Below are positions 27,487 to 40,632 of a stretch of DNA of 64,000 nucleotides, in pieces; positions within the stretch are counted from its first letter, which is position 1, and the number at the start of each line of letters is the position of its first letter. The position numbers and the translations under genes are program-made. The DNA is from Octopus sinensis. Its lineage: Eukaryota. The notes under the pieces are model-generated. The model saw only the letters and a program-made list of their open reading frames with translations, searched no databases and was not told the DNA's origin. The stretch lies in the NCBI RefSeq assembly GCF_006345805.1, contig NC_043003.1:111662001-111726000 (forward strand). The letters run 5' to 3'.

Positions 27487-27793
27487 TTTTGAAAATTTTA
27501 GGTCAGATATTGCCGAGGCAGGGATGGAAGTGCCTCGTGATAATATCTGTTCCGATCTGGCTGCTTCTTACTGACGAATCTATCGGGCTATGGAAGATTC
27601 GCTTGATTTAATTTAATCAGGTTAGTTTACCATTAAACAATAGATGAAACGTTGCATCGTATAAGAAACTACAGGGTAAATGTTTTTTTAATTTTTTCCT
27701 GGTTTGCGGAATTAATGTTATTTTGCGGTTGAAGCTTTGGCTGTTATTTCTAGTGGGTGAATGGCCTATTATGGCCGTTCCTTGATTGTGATG
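27487..27793 (+). repeat. Inverted partial copy of the array-1 unit, ending in (TA)n
   Basis: Reverse complement of the unit segment from CATCACAATCAAGG to CTAAAATTTTCAAAA. Confidence 0.95.
27565..27667 (+). ncRNA. Type I hammerhead ribozyme in the inverted arm of array 1
   Basis: TTCTTA-CTGACGA-ATCTAT...ATAGAT-GAAAC-GTTGCATC-GTA^TAAGAA; predicted cleavage after 27661. Confidence 0.88.
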
Positions 27794-27871
27794 ATATATA
27801 TATATATATTTATATATGTATATATATATATATAAAACGGTATTTTTTCGTAGCGTTCTTCCGATGACCGG

Positions 27872-27928
27872 AAAACTGAAGAGATGGTGGTGTGGATTTC
27901 CACCTCGGCATCCGAAACTCAGACTTTT
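27872..27928 (+). ncRNA. Degenerate hammerhead-like motif
   Basis: AAAA-CTGAAGA-GATG...CATC-C-GAAAC-TCA-GAC-TTTT; triplet reads GAC rather than GTC, so likely inactivated. Confidence 0.4.
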
Positions 27929-28037
27929 ATCTTGGCTACCGAATAATTGTCACATGTTATATTTACAGATAAATTCCTCTATTTACATAATATTGAGGTT
28001 TCTTTCTTTCTTTTGTTATCTTACTGTTTTTATGTAT

Positions 28038-28068
<31 letters not shown>

Positions 28069-28803
28069 AACACACATAGATATTCATTCATACATATATG
28101 GATTAATACATGTGTGTGTTTGTATATATACACCCGTACAAGCACACAGATGTACACAAACGCACACATATCTATATATATATGTCAGTTAAATACTAAT
28201 ATTTTATTTCTTAAATTGTAATATATTTTCAAAGGAATCCCTTCTGTAAGTTAATTTTGCAAATTAGCCAATTTCATAATCCTTGCCTATGATTATTGCA
28301 AAGAGTGTTACATTTTGTAGTATAAAAATTGTCTGTATTAAATTACTTTCGTAATAGCTTCACTTTTAAAATTATATAAATATATTACATTATTTAAGAA
28401 TTATGTCCACATAGTTCCCTTTGTAACTTCAATATATGGTCTGCTGCTGCATTCAAATTTGCGCATTATAATAACATTTCTATCGTTTTTATAATATTTT
28501 CGTAAATAATTTCATACGTTCCATCTTGTTTCTCATATAATCATATTTATTTTCGAATTACCTACCGCCGTGAGAACTGAATTTTACTTGTCTTTTCATC
28601 ATGCCTTATTTTCTTTTATGATATGTCTGTATGAATAGATTTCTATATATGTAAATCTGGATGCGCCTGTATGGGCGTCAGGTACAATGTATATATTCAT
28701 TATAAATGTATTTTAACCTATAAATATATTTCTCTACTTTTTTCTCTCATTTCTTTCTCTCTTTTTTTCTCTCCTTGTTTCCCTCCCTGTTTTTTCTGTG
28801 TCC

Positions 28804-28839
28804 CTTTCTGTAGAAGAGTGTAGGATCGAAACGTCAAAG
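28804..28839 (+). ncRNA. Degenerate minimal hammerhead-like motif
   Basis: CTTT-CTGTAGAA-GAGT-GTAG-GATC-GAAAC-GTC^AAAG; non-canonical core, 4-bp stem I; TA tract ~95 bp downstream. Confidence 0.35.
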
Positions 28840-28929
28840 TATTATTCTCTTCCTGTGTGTTATACTAATATATCTGCTTGTTTTGTACACCACTTTTCTT
28901 CGTCTTTTGTTGTTTTTTTCGTAAAATCT

Positions 28930-28970
<41 letters not shown>

Positions 28971-29039
28971 TCTTAAGAAACTATTTTAGAAATTATTTGA
29001 AACTGGAAAACATTAAATCCACTGTTGATGACGGCAAAT

Positions 29040-29235
29040 CCACTGTTGGGACGCCGGCCAAAATGCTTTACGGCATTTCGTCTGTCGTTATTTTCTAAGA
29101 TCAAATACCTACAAGTCGACTTTGTCATCTTTTTTGTTTTTGGCTTGGGGTGGTCAATAAAATAAGGACCAGCTGAGCACTGGGGTTGATGTAATCCTCT
29201 TTCACCGCTACCCTGACTCCGCTGGCCTTGCGCTA
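29040..29235 (+). mobile_element. Old SINE copy
   Basis: ACGCCGGCCAAAATGCTTTACGGCATTTCGTCTG...AAGTCGACTTTG; same family as 10819 and 55411. Confidence 0.6.
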
Positions 29236-30303
29236 AATTTTATGCATATTCATATGTAAATATAATGTATTACTAAAGTAAGTACTAAAGTATTTCGTTC
29301 TTAGATTATTTGGTTTGCAAGATTCTTTATATGAGTTCGTGTGTTGAAGCATATTCTGTTGTGTCTGGGGAGAGTCATTCTCGTTTAGTGCCTTATTATT
29401 TAACACACTCACCGGTAAAATTTCCACTTATTTCTTATTTTTATTTTCTAAAATTTTCGTTGCGTCTTGCAACCTTTTCAATAGTCTTGACACTGTCCGT
29501 TATTTACACTGCGTTCCCTTTTGTTTGTTTGTGTGCATGCGTGTGGGTCAATGGGTCAGTACGTGGGTGTGCCTATACATGCATGCATGTACGTATTACT
29601 AAAGTAAAATAACTTTAAATTATATTTCTTAGTTAGGCAGGATTGAGTTTCGTTTGGTTTTACTAGTTATTGCAAATTTGCTTCATATGTACCAAATTTC
29701 ACGTTGTAAATCAACGTTCTGTTTCGTTTTTTTTCTTTTTGTTCGGCCAGAAAGGATTCATAAAATAAGATTGATTTATTTTTAAATCCCAAGAGGTATG
29801 CAACGAAGTAGGTTACGAGTTTTAAAACTAGTCTATGTCATATGTCAAAAATATACAGAAATTTCTGTGAATATAGATTAGCTCTTTCAGTATATTCATG
29901 ACTCTCTTTATGCATTTCAATTTGTATGCAAAAGGTTGAATGAATCTATGTAAACCTCATCATGACATGATACACAGTTTCATTCTCAACAGTTTCTAGC
30001 TTTAGGCTTTCGTTACATTCTTGCAAAATATGTCTTTTGTCGGAAAATGTTTATTATGCACGTACAAATGTACGCATACACACATAAATACAAGCATACA
30101 TATGCTGGTAGAATGTAGATGTAAACCTTCAACTGTTCTCCATATAAATATGTGTATATCTGCATGTCTGTGTGGGTGTGTGTATCGATAGATGGAGAGA
30201 CAGAGAGATAAATGCACAGATACATAGATGCGATATAGATATACACACATGCATATGTACGTAATATATATTGTATTTACATACATTTATATGTATTTAT
30301 ATA

Positions 30304-30339
<36 letters not shown>

Positions 30340-30345
<6 letters not shown>

Positions 30346-30497
30346 TGTGTGGTTGCGTGTGTATGTGCGTGTGCATGTATGTATTAAGATATATGATTAT
30401 ACAGATAAATATAGGTATATATGTGGGTTTATATGTGTAATGTACATTTACTTATACATGTATATATATATATATATGCATGTGTATATATGCACCC

Positions 30498-30532
<35 letters not shown>

Positions 30533-30695
30533 ATATATATGCGTGTGTGGTTGCGTGTGTATGTGCGTGTGCATGTATGTATTAAGATATATGATTATAC
30601 AGATAAATATAGGTATATATGTGGGTTTATATGTGTAATGTACATTTACTTATACATGTATATATATATATATATATGCATGTGTATATATGCAC

Positions 30696-30730
<35 letters not shown>
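30340..30730. repeat. ~200-bp tandem duplication of microsatellite-rich sequence
   Basis: ATGCGTGTGTGGTTGCGTGTG...GCACCCATATA repeated at ~30340 and ~30539, identical apart from TA counts. Confidence 0.95.
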
Positions 30731-30741
<11 letters not shown>

Positions 30742-31099
30742 GTATGTATATAATGTTTTCTGTCAAACATATCGGAATATGTATGTAATGTTTCGTTGAA
30801 AGAATTCATATTGGGAATAATTCTTAACTGAGATATTCCATGAACAATTGCATGCCTATTTCAAAGATGTAGCAATATCGGCAAAAATATTCTCCTGGAC
30901 GTTGAGTGTAGCAATTTTATACGGAGTCCATATTTTTTAAATTCTTCGAAAGCAATGGTTATTCTGCACACACACACACACGCACACACATAAGCTAATA
31001 GAACTCCGCTCAAAATTGTATGCCATCATACCTTTAAGAAAATTAAACGTTGCTAATTACACAGCCCTATATTTAAGAGATTAGGAATTGTGTACATTC

Positions 31100-31232
31100 T
31101 TTACATTTGACGGACATTTGTCCTCATCTTGTTTGTTGTTAACACAAAGTTTCGGGTGATATACTCTCCAGCCTTCATCAGGTGTTTGGGGGAAATTTCA
31201 AACCTGGGTTCTCATTCCTAAGGTATTTTCGA

Positions 31233-31283
<51 letters not shown>

Positions 31284-31555
31284 CATCATTATTATTCAGG
31301 CGGGCGTATTGTATAGGAGCGCGGGATACTAACTCCAATATTCCGAGTTCGATTCCAGGTACCTACCTGCATAATAACAAGAAGAAGAAGAAGAAGAAGA
31401 AGAAGAAGAAGAAGAAGATAGAAAAATAACTTAGGAATGTGAACCGAGGTTCGAAATTTTCCCAAGACACTTGGTGAAGGCTGGAGAGTATATCAACCGA
31501 AATGTTGTTCTAACAACAAACAAGATGAGGACAAATATTCCTCAAATTTAAATGA
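31100..31555. mobile_element. Inverted pair of a decayed HHR-bearing repeat around (TTA)n/(GAA)n
   Basis: Left (minus) ACAC-CTGATGA-AGGCTGG...CACCC-GAAAC-TTT-GTGTT; right (plus) ACAC-TTGGTGA-AGGCTGG...CAACC-GAAAT-GTT-GTTCT; third copy at 52960-53100. Confidence 0.75.
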
Positions 31556-32016
31556 TTTAAATAAGGTTGCTAATTATGTTTCAGGGTTTGTAACCTGATT
31601 TCTTGTTGAAACCATTTCATTCTCTACAAGGTTTTACTTGTATTTAATTTTAATGCTCATATATTGATTTATAGCAGTTGGTATTAGATGTGTTGTATTA
31701 CTCCTTTATATACTTAAGGTAAATTTTTGAAACTACAAACTGAAACGGATCGGATATATGCGCCAGCTTGTGCGTAATACAACACATATGCTCATCATAA
31801 TTTTAAAGGATTTGCAATTGTCATTTACTGCAAAATATTTCTGGTACCTTATTTCCTGGAAGAAATTACACGCGATAATATGCTGCCTGAGTCTTTGACG
31901 ACTAACTTATTCATGTAGACTCCATTGTGAAAATCCACATCTTTCATATAAATTAGTAGAATACAAATTTGTTATCCAATGTTTACTTGTATTTTTGTGT
32001 AATGTATTAACTTCAG

Positions 32017-32088
32017 GTACTGCTTGTTACGTGTTGGAAACAATGGCTTTGTGATTATGTACGATTTTCATTCAGAACGGAATCTTTG
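32017..32088 (+). CDS. Candidate host-gene exon (72 bp)
   Basis: TATTAACTTCAG|...|GTACGA; two open frames (VLLVTCWKQWLCDYVRFSFRTESL or YCLLRVGNNGFVIMYDFHSERNL). Confidence 0.4.
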
Positions 32089-32902
32089 GTACGAATTTAA
32101 AATACATATGATCTGCAAGACGGACTGATCCAAATTGAGACATAATAATTGCATCGACAATTAATCTATTATAATTGATGAAATGCTTCATAGCGTAACA
32201 TTCATTATCTATCTACTGTATTTTATTGGCTAATTAACCATTTCAGACTAAGTAGAAATGATTGAAACTTATTCAGTATGCATCATTACATGAAATATAA
32301 TTTGTAATTTTCAATAAAGGTAATGGAGATTATATTGTACGTACGAAAACTTTACCAATTTCTTCATTTCTGTTCTGTATAGGCGTATTATTGATTTTAC
32401 TAATTGCTTCTTCGTCAATTGCTCAGTTCAGTCGGATTGTATCATATATATGGCAATTACAACCATTAAAATAAGCATGAGGTTCCCTAAATGTGATTTC
32501 ATCTTCAATACAATGTTTTTGTTTCTTATTTTTTTACCCTGGAATATTAACGAATATTTATGAGTAAGAAGTTTATCTTCATTTAGCATACATCCGAAAT
32601 TCAAAAGCTATCTGAGAAACTCCCTGAATTGAAAAGACTTATGCAATATTCTAGATTTTTGAGTTAGAGTGTTCTATTTCCAGTTTTACTTTCTATGATA
32701 CTTACATATTTATAACTTCGCTAAAATATTAAAGATTGCATTCGATAGAAAGACGCGTATCGCAAAATCCTGGTCGAAAGAACTGGGTAGGTACACGACG
32801 TCTATCCCACCCTTCTTTGTTTTCTGATAAGTGTGTCCAGGATCCGATTAATCCATGATTCATGTGTTTTCTAATGGATATTGTACAAATGTAGTTATAA
32901 TA

Positions 32903-33758
32903 ATAGACCACACAAGCAATCGTGGCAGGATTTCTTAATCAGCTTCAGAATTGAATAATGTAATAATATGGAAGATGACGAACGTTTCATCATATTCCAT
33001 GTTCCCCGGTAATTGATTTCTTCGATCGTAACACGGATTCTCAATGATGAGTTGAGATACTTGAAATAGACTTTAATATCCTTACGAAACTATAACGGTT
33101 TCCTCTAAATACATTGCAAGTTTAAATCGGTTCAACTAGGTTTTACCAGTATTAGAAAACGCTTCCCACCATTTAGTTTCTTGTAGTTCCCCCTTTACTT
33201 TCTGTGTTTGAAGACAGAAATTTTCGTTATTTGCCTTAATCTGAAAACATCCTTCGTTTGCAAATGTTTGGCACTTTTCCATGGACGACAATTAAACCTC
33301 TTTACATCAAATATTCTCCTGGACGTTCAGTGTAGCAATTTTATACGGAGTCCATATTTTTTACATTCTTCGAAAGCAATGGTTATTCTGCACACGCACA
33401 CACACATAATAAAATATAAGCTAATAGAACTCGGCTCAAAATTGTATGCTATCATACCTTTAAGAAAATATTCTATTTATCTTACCATATAGTATCACTG
33501 GAGATGCTAGCACGTTCCAGCGGTACGTTGGCTGCCATATAGCTTAAAATCATGTATATTAGAATAAATTGACTTTGCACACGCGGGCGAGTGCACACAT
33601 AAAGACACATACAGACACACATACCACATACACATACTCTCACACATATATATACATACATACAGTCTTTTATGGCGTATGTATATCATAGATAGATTCA
33701 AACACACACACACATACATGCAAACACATGCACTCCCCACATATACATATATATATAT

Positions 33759-33820
<62 letters not shown>

Positions 33821-34300
33821 TATGTATTATATATCTATGTATCTCTGAACCTCTCTTTATCTGTCTATCTTATTTATTAATGTCAATTTCTGTCTGTCTT
33901 TATACAAATTTAGCTGTAATGATAGACCACAGAAGCGATCGTGGCAAGATTCCTTAATTAGCTTCAGAGGTAATTAATATAGTAATATAAAGTGTGATTC
34001 ACTAGACATCATATTACATGTTCCCTGGTAATTGATTTCATGGATCATAACATGGATTCTCAATGATGAGTTGACATACTTGAAATAGATATTAATATAC
34101 TCTAAAAAATCTACTGGTGTCCTCTAAATGCATTAGAGTTTCAAATATGTTTAAATAGATTTTAACAGTATTAGAAAACGTTTCCCTCTGGTTAGTCTCA
34201 TGCAGATTATCACTTTCTTTCTCAGAGATTTTCGTTATTTGCATTAATCTGATAACATCCTTCGTTTCCAAATGTTTGGTACTTTTCCGTCCGTCTGACA
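32903..34300. repeat. Old ~390-bp direct duplication (32903-33290 vs 33922-34300)
   Basis: Both start ATAGACCAC..AAGC.ATCGTGGCA and share GGATTCTCAATGATGAGTTGA.ATACTTGAAATAGA and ACATCCTTCGTTT.CAAATGTTTGG.ACTTTTCC. Confidence 0.9.
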
Positions 34301-34663
34301 GGTACCCTTTTGGCGCCCAAACCAGGGAACCAATCTTCACAAAACTTTGTATACATGTTAAACTAATATTCAGTTCAATTAAGGGTTAACTGGATTTCAA
34401 TAAACATTGATAATGGACGGACTACGGCGTTTGGGCTATGACATGTTAAAATGAAAGGTGTTCAAAAGTGTTAGGTTCAGTGAAATGTGGGATAATGAAG
34501 GTGAGGGAAAGAGGAGGCAGGAAGAGGTACACACACAGGAAATATGAGAGACAGACAGAGAGAACGACAGAAGACAGCGATGTCTTCCATATGTATAAAA
34601 GAGAAATTGTACGTATGTGTGTGTGTGTGTGTGTGTGTATGTGTGTGTGTATCTTTCTCATGA

Positions 34664-35520
34664 ATTCGAGAACTGAGTTGCCGATTTTGACGTAAGGGTA
34701 TCAAAATATTCGGAAATCTTACAACTACCAAATAAAATTTATTTTCAGTTACGTATTTGCATTACAAAAATTTTACATTATAATCTTTTCTATAAGTCAA
34801 CTGTCGTAAACATTTTATACCACGACGATTACGGCGACGGCGTCACATTTCCTATATGAGTCTGTGTCGTAAAAGACATCCATTTTTCTATATGTTATGA
34901 CGAAATACAGTCACTCGCTCTCTCTCTCTCACACACACACGCACATTCACACATACACATATAAACAAAAAGATGTATGCATATGTGTGAGTGTGACAGA
35001 GAGGGAAACCAAGTGAATGCCACTTACACATACATGACAACACATACCTTCACTCACTCACAATATCTGGTCTGTCTCTCTCACACACACCCGCATACGT
35101 GCGCACACGTCCATTTCATATACACGTACATACAGTTTTCACTTTCTCATCTCTTTCACTTTCTGCTCTTACTTCAAGACAATTGTTGCGGTTTCCTTTT
35201 ATCTTTCCACGTCTACTTTCTTCAAAGCAAAAAGAAAGATATAAAAAGTTTCGGAAATTAACAAATACATTCGAGAACTCAGTTACAGATTTTCCCGTAT
35301 GAGCTATAAAATATATTCAGTAATCTTTCAGCCAACAAATAACTTTAGTTTCATTTACATATTTGGTTTACAGAAATTTAACATTATGCTCTTTCTATAA
35401 TTCAACTATCCTAAATAACATTTTATACCACGACGTCGACGACGTTACATTTTGTATATAAGCATGTACCTTAAAAGTTATCCAATTTTCTATATGTTTC
35501 GTGGAAATACAGTCACTCAC
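34664..35520. repeat. Old ~255-bp direct duplication (34664-34917 vs 35270-35520)
   Basis: Shared ATTCGAGAACT.AGTT, ACATTTTATACCACGACG, TTTTCTATATGTT and GAAATACAGTCACTC. Confidence 0.8.
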
Positions 35521-35722
35521 TTTCTTTTTCACGTGTACTCGCATACATACATAAAAAAGATGTGTAGACAGTTACCTCCCTTGAAACTAGTTGTCTCATC
35601 CATTTGCCACTGGATGGCGCACGTCGAGGTGTTGCGTTATGGGAAAATTAAATATATCATAGCTTTTCGACGGAGCAACCACAGCGATTATACTATTTTC
35701 TTCCTTCTGTGATTCCAAGTGA

Positions 35723-36870
35723 TGTAACGGTCAAACATAACCACCTCTTACGTATATGAATACGAACACACAGAAACTTCCTTTATATCTCTCAATATAA
35801 ATACTGTTATTTGCATGCTATGTAAAGATTAAAACGAGTTATGACCGATTGTGGAAATTCTTATCGTCTCTTTATTCTTGCATTTGAAGAATGCCGTCTC
35901 CCTTCTACATTTCACCTTCCTTTGTTAGGAGCCAAAGTTCCTAAAAATGGTGACCCCGAGAAACGAATAGGCAGTTTACAAGTATAAGTTTACATTTTAG
36001 AAGTTAACAAGTTTACAGCGAATGAAAAAAGAGAAAAACAGAAAAGTAGAACCGTAAACGCGCCATAACTGTTCTAAACGTTCGGCCTCTAAAGCTTTTT
36101 TTTTTTCACAATGAAGCTTCGCCATCTTGCTTTCTCCACCTCATTATGGCGTACCTTGACATTCCTTTCTTCTCAACGGTTTTTCTTCCTTTATAAAATG
36201 GGCAAATTTCCGCTCCCTCAATTCCATAGGGAAGCAAAAATCTGGTTTTTGCAACTGAAGTCCTACTTCATTGCTACCAGCACTCGCCAGCTACTGACCA
36301 AACTGCGCACCGCATTGTCTCGCTTACCGTCCCCACTCGATTCGTCTCTAAGGGATGTCCTACGAAGAGTTCAAGTCCGAGGTGCTACGCAGAAACTCTC
36401 CATCTGCTGAGAGCAAGTACCGCTCATTGTTGCAAAATGAATATTTGGGAGACAGGAAACCAACTGAGATTTTAAGACAGCCACGAGATCTTGCATACGA
36501 CTCTAACGAGGGTCACACCTTCGTTAAACGATTCATTTTCTCTCGTATCCCTCCCAACATCCAGTCGGCATTAGTGCATCTTGTGAACAGCGCTCCTATT
36601 AACCAACTGTGTGAAAGATTTTTCTCCTTTAACTCAGCTTTTAAAAGGAGAGCCAAATAAAAATGCTAATATTTCATTGTCTCCTACTTTCGAAATTCCA
36701 AGACCCAGCTAGCCAGCGCGTCCTTTTTGGCTCATCCTGCTCCTAGCACCCGTCTGTCTCTAACACTTGACGTCTCAGATTCAGCTGTGTATGCTGCGTT
36801 GCAGCAAACTGAAGATAGACAAATTCAACCACTGGCTTTCTTTTCTCGTCAGTTGAAACCATTTTCAAAA
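35723..36870 (+). mobile_element. Internally deleted Gypsy LTR retrotransposon (5' LTR, PBS, gag, RNase H piece)
   Basis: TGTAAC... putative LTR, PBS-like TGGTGACCCCG (35948-35958), gag GKFPLPQFHREAKIWFLQLKSYF / YEEFKSEVLRR...LGDRKPTEILR...RIPPNIQ, then AHPAPSTRLSLTLDVSDSAV...QPLAFFSRQLKP. RT core absent; no 3' LTR seen. Confidence 0.88.
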
Positions 36871-38751
36871 CGCAACATACTCCCTAAGATTCACTTTTAT
36901 CTTTATAGAATCCGGGCAAGTTTCTTCAGATATGATGTTGTCTACCTGTTGTTTCTAACATGTCGGGTTTTCTGGTGGTGCTCTAATATATTTTACGCCT
37001 TTCGCTACAATTCTACGCATGACTGAAACATCAGACGAAGCAAATAGGTGATTGGAAGGGGCATTGATTGTTTCTTTAAGAAACATTTAACTTAAAAAAA
37101 AATGCATATTTCCCAGATTCATAATCTCTGTATTTTTCTCGTGGATAAAAGAAAAATTCTTGAAAATTTACAAATTAAGAGATTGTAGTAGGGATGGGAG
37201 GAAACTAAAATTTTGAAAGTGTGATTTATTGACGAAATCGTATTAATCTCCTTTTATACAATGAGATAATACATAGTTTGTGATCCTTCTTCAGAACAGA
37301 AAGCACTTTCATGCAAAACCATGCAAATTGTGCTCTCCCCACTTCACTTTTAAATAAACAATTACTTCTATTATGCCAATAATCCAGTTCACTATATATC
37401 AGCTGTACTAATTCTGCCCATAAGAAAGGAACAAATAATACAATATGGCTGTAGATCAAAAGACCCAGGTAACGCCGGGATGCATTCCTAGTGTGTGTGT
37501 GTGTGTGTGTGTTTGTAAGAGTGCATGTTAGTATGTATTTGTGCTTATTACCATATTCGATTGTGCATTTACGCAGTAAACCTGCACAAAGGAAGAGAGA
37601 TAGTTTAGGAGAGATAGACAGATAGTCAGAAGAATATATAAAAAGTGCCTTTGAATACATTAGGTCTTCTATGTACTTCAAGAATACGTTAAATTGGCGG
37701 AAATGCAGAAAAATCGTTTTACTTTGCCTCAAATTTTTCGTCAGGTTCATATTTTAAGAAGCTGTTTCAGTTCATTCCTTGTTTTTGGTATAATTGGTAC
37801 ATAAGTGCTTTTAATCACCAATAATTTTATTATTGCTTGCTAAAGTTTTGTAATCATTTATCCGGATCTGAATTCATTTTCTTGAGTAAATTCAATAATT
37901 CAAGGATTTTTTTTTTATTTTCAGAAATTGACAATCACAGATTTGGTATATCATTATATCCATTCATAACATCCTTTGTTAAAGTACTACTCTTAACATA
38001 CCACCGAAGAATACATTTATAAATATTGTACATATAGCACTGAAATAGTTATCCCAATTATTCATATATCTATTTAGATCGTCTATATCAGAGTTGACGT
38101 CAATGTTAATCAGATTTGAACAAAATATATTAAAGTATTAATAGGATACATTCATTTAAATTAATATGTTGTACTAAATATATACACATAATTTCTGCTA
38201 ATCCTCGCATGTAACTATACCGTGGCCATTTCTAATGTACAACTCGATGGATACAATCTAATCTACATTTTCCTTTATCTAAATATGTGGTCGAAACCCC
38301 TTATCAAATTGTCAATTTTAATTCCCGACACAATTCCTTGTTTTATGTAAACTTCTTTTATTGTAAAAAATTTGCAGTAGCACCAGGAAGCAATGGCGGA
38401 TATTTCACTTTCTTTGATGACGTCAAACATTGCGTCAATCGGTTTCTTGCTCTGCCACAGAATAATGCAAGCAAACTCGAAATATATCTAAAAACAGGAT
38501 TTAAGAAACATACATAATCTAACTGTAAAAACGTATATTTCGATACAAAGTGTATTTAATTAGATGTATTTGGCTGCTTCAAGATATATATGTGAATCCC
38601 TCGTTGACTCTGGCAAAACTCTTTGCAAGTAAAAGTGCCTGAGAGCTGGGGCCATACTACCTCCTAGTTCATGTTTTGTCTGCTAATGTCAACTAGTATG
38701 GTAGTTTAGACTTGAATTTCAGGTTAAATGTGAGAGTTCCGACATCATTTC

Positions 38752-38868
38752 ATTTTTATCCTCCTTATCAAAGTTATCCTCATTATCAAAGTTTTATCCT
38801 CCTTATCAAATGTATCCTCATTATAAAATTTTATCGTCATTATCAAAGTTTATCCACATTATCAAATT
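38752..38868. repeat. ~19-bp minisatellite (about 6 copies)
   Basis: TTTTATCCTC(C/A)TTATCAAAG variants. Confidence 0.85.
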
Positions 38869-39735
38869 AATGTGTCATCCAACTATCAATATATAACTGC
38901 TAATTTTTTTTTGACACTTAATTACTCAGATGTTACATTTCTCTTCAGCGGTTGGCTACACAATAAAGGAAATCCTACATTGTAACAATTTATCTGTCAT
39001 ACTCTGAGTTTAATGTATCCACTCGTGTATAACTGACCCATTCATTAGAGGGAGACAATTAAAATAATGGATTAAATTTGCATCCTGATATTCTCTTCGC
39101 TGACGTGGGTTCAATCCTTCTACAATGCATCGGGGAATATAGGAGATTATTGTAAAAGAAGTGTAGAAAGACTTGTGTATAGTATTACCTGACGAGTTTG
39201 TCAGCTATGGGCCTTAATATTAAAAATGTCTATGCAGTTAGAATATATCCAGAATAAATGTAATATAAACGATTGCAGCTTCAACGTTCCTTCGTCCCTT
39301 TATGCAAATAGGTATGTATTTATTCTCGGCTACATAAATCTTATATGTGTAACTGTGATTTAAGCGTTTCGTTCAAACACAATTTATATCTCACCTTAGT
39401 TCCCATGTTTAATTTGTCTGAAAATATGCCCACACTGCAGGTGAATTAGTGTGACTACCATTTCAAACCAGTTGAATCATGTTTTGTACAACATTAACTA
39501 TTTCTTATGAAATTTGTTATTTTGTATGGGCTCGTGATGTTCGTATAGTGAGGTCACGTGTCAAAGTCAAATTTTGTCAAGAATGGTTGAAGGACTGTAG
39601 AAAGAACTTCATAATACGTTTGCCCTTTATGGAACTTAGCCCTCACACATCTGAATTTGCTTATTTCGTAACGGTTGACAATTCTGGGAATAATTTAATC
39701 AAGTGACAACTGGCTTGACTATGTTTTGATATCAG

Positions 39736-39895
39736 AGATATGGTCAGTATTGAGAGGAGAAAATACAAAAACTTGATGACTTCCGCTATGTTTGTGGATA
39801 TTACACTTTACCTTGGCAGCGAAGCAACATCACAATTTTGTGAAGAAATCTTACTTTATTTTGGCATCAAACTGGATGATCAAGAAAGAACATGG
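39736..39895 (+). CDS. Candidate host-gene exon (160 bp)
   Basis: TTTTGATATCAG|...|GTAAAC. One frame fully open (DMVSIERRKYK...FGIKLDDQERTW); an alternative frame reads KIQKLDDFRYVCGYYTLPWQRSNITI with breaks. Confidence 0.42.
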
Positions 39896-40632
39896 GTAAA
39901 CATATATAGGATGTAAAGCATTAGTTGAAACTCTGACACAGGGAATATTTCAAATGTTTAAGTAGAAACTTTCCAGCTCTGTCTCGTGAGAAAATCAAGG
40001 ATGGTGTTTTTGACGAGCCACATATTAAATAGCTAGTGTAGAACGAACAGTCTTCTGGAGACAATGTCTGGCGTTGAAAAGCATGGAATCTTAAGGTGAC
40101 AGAAAAGTAAATTCTGAGGGTATTTCTGTAGCAAGCAGCGTTAAATTAAGTAAGTCACACTCATTGTAAATCTGAAGGCAACTAAAATATTGTCTTCGAA
40201 AATGTTTCCCAAGGTTATCAATTAATTAGCAAAGGCAGCAGACCAGCCTTATTACTTAAAGCAGACGATATAATTGTGCTTATTCAAAGACTAAGCAGCA
40301 CAAAAAGACTGATGAGATAGAAAACTTACAGTAGCTTTGAAATTAGAATGCCACTTTTAGACTAATTCAAGAGAAAAGTAAACTCAACAGTCACTATGTT
40401 TAAAATTGTTACCTGTGTTATTTTAGGTAATTGCAATGCGTACGTATACACGGGGTGCAGTAACGATAAAAAATAGGTTTGATTACGAATCACGATATTT
40501 AAGTCCGCTATATTCCACACTTGAATGTGTCCACTGCATGCTCAAATTTTATTAATGAATTTTCACTGTTACATACACGACCGGCATGTTGAGGAATCTT
40601 TGTCATTTGATACCTGATGTTTCACCTTGCAG

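Noticed and set aside
37226-37750. Longest ORF in the track (174 aa)
   Set aside because: Spans a (CA)n run, low-complexity composition, no recognisable motif.
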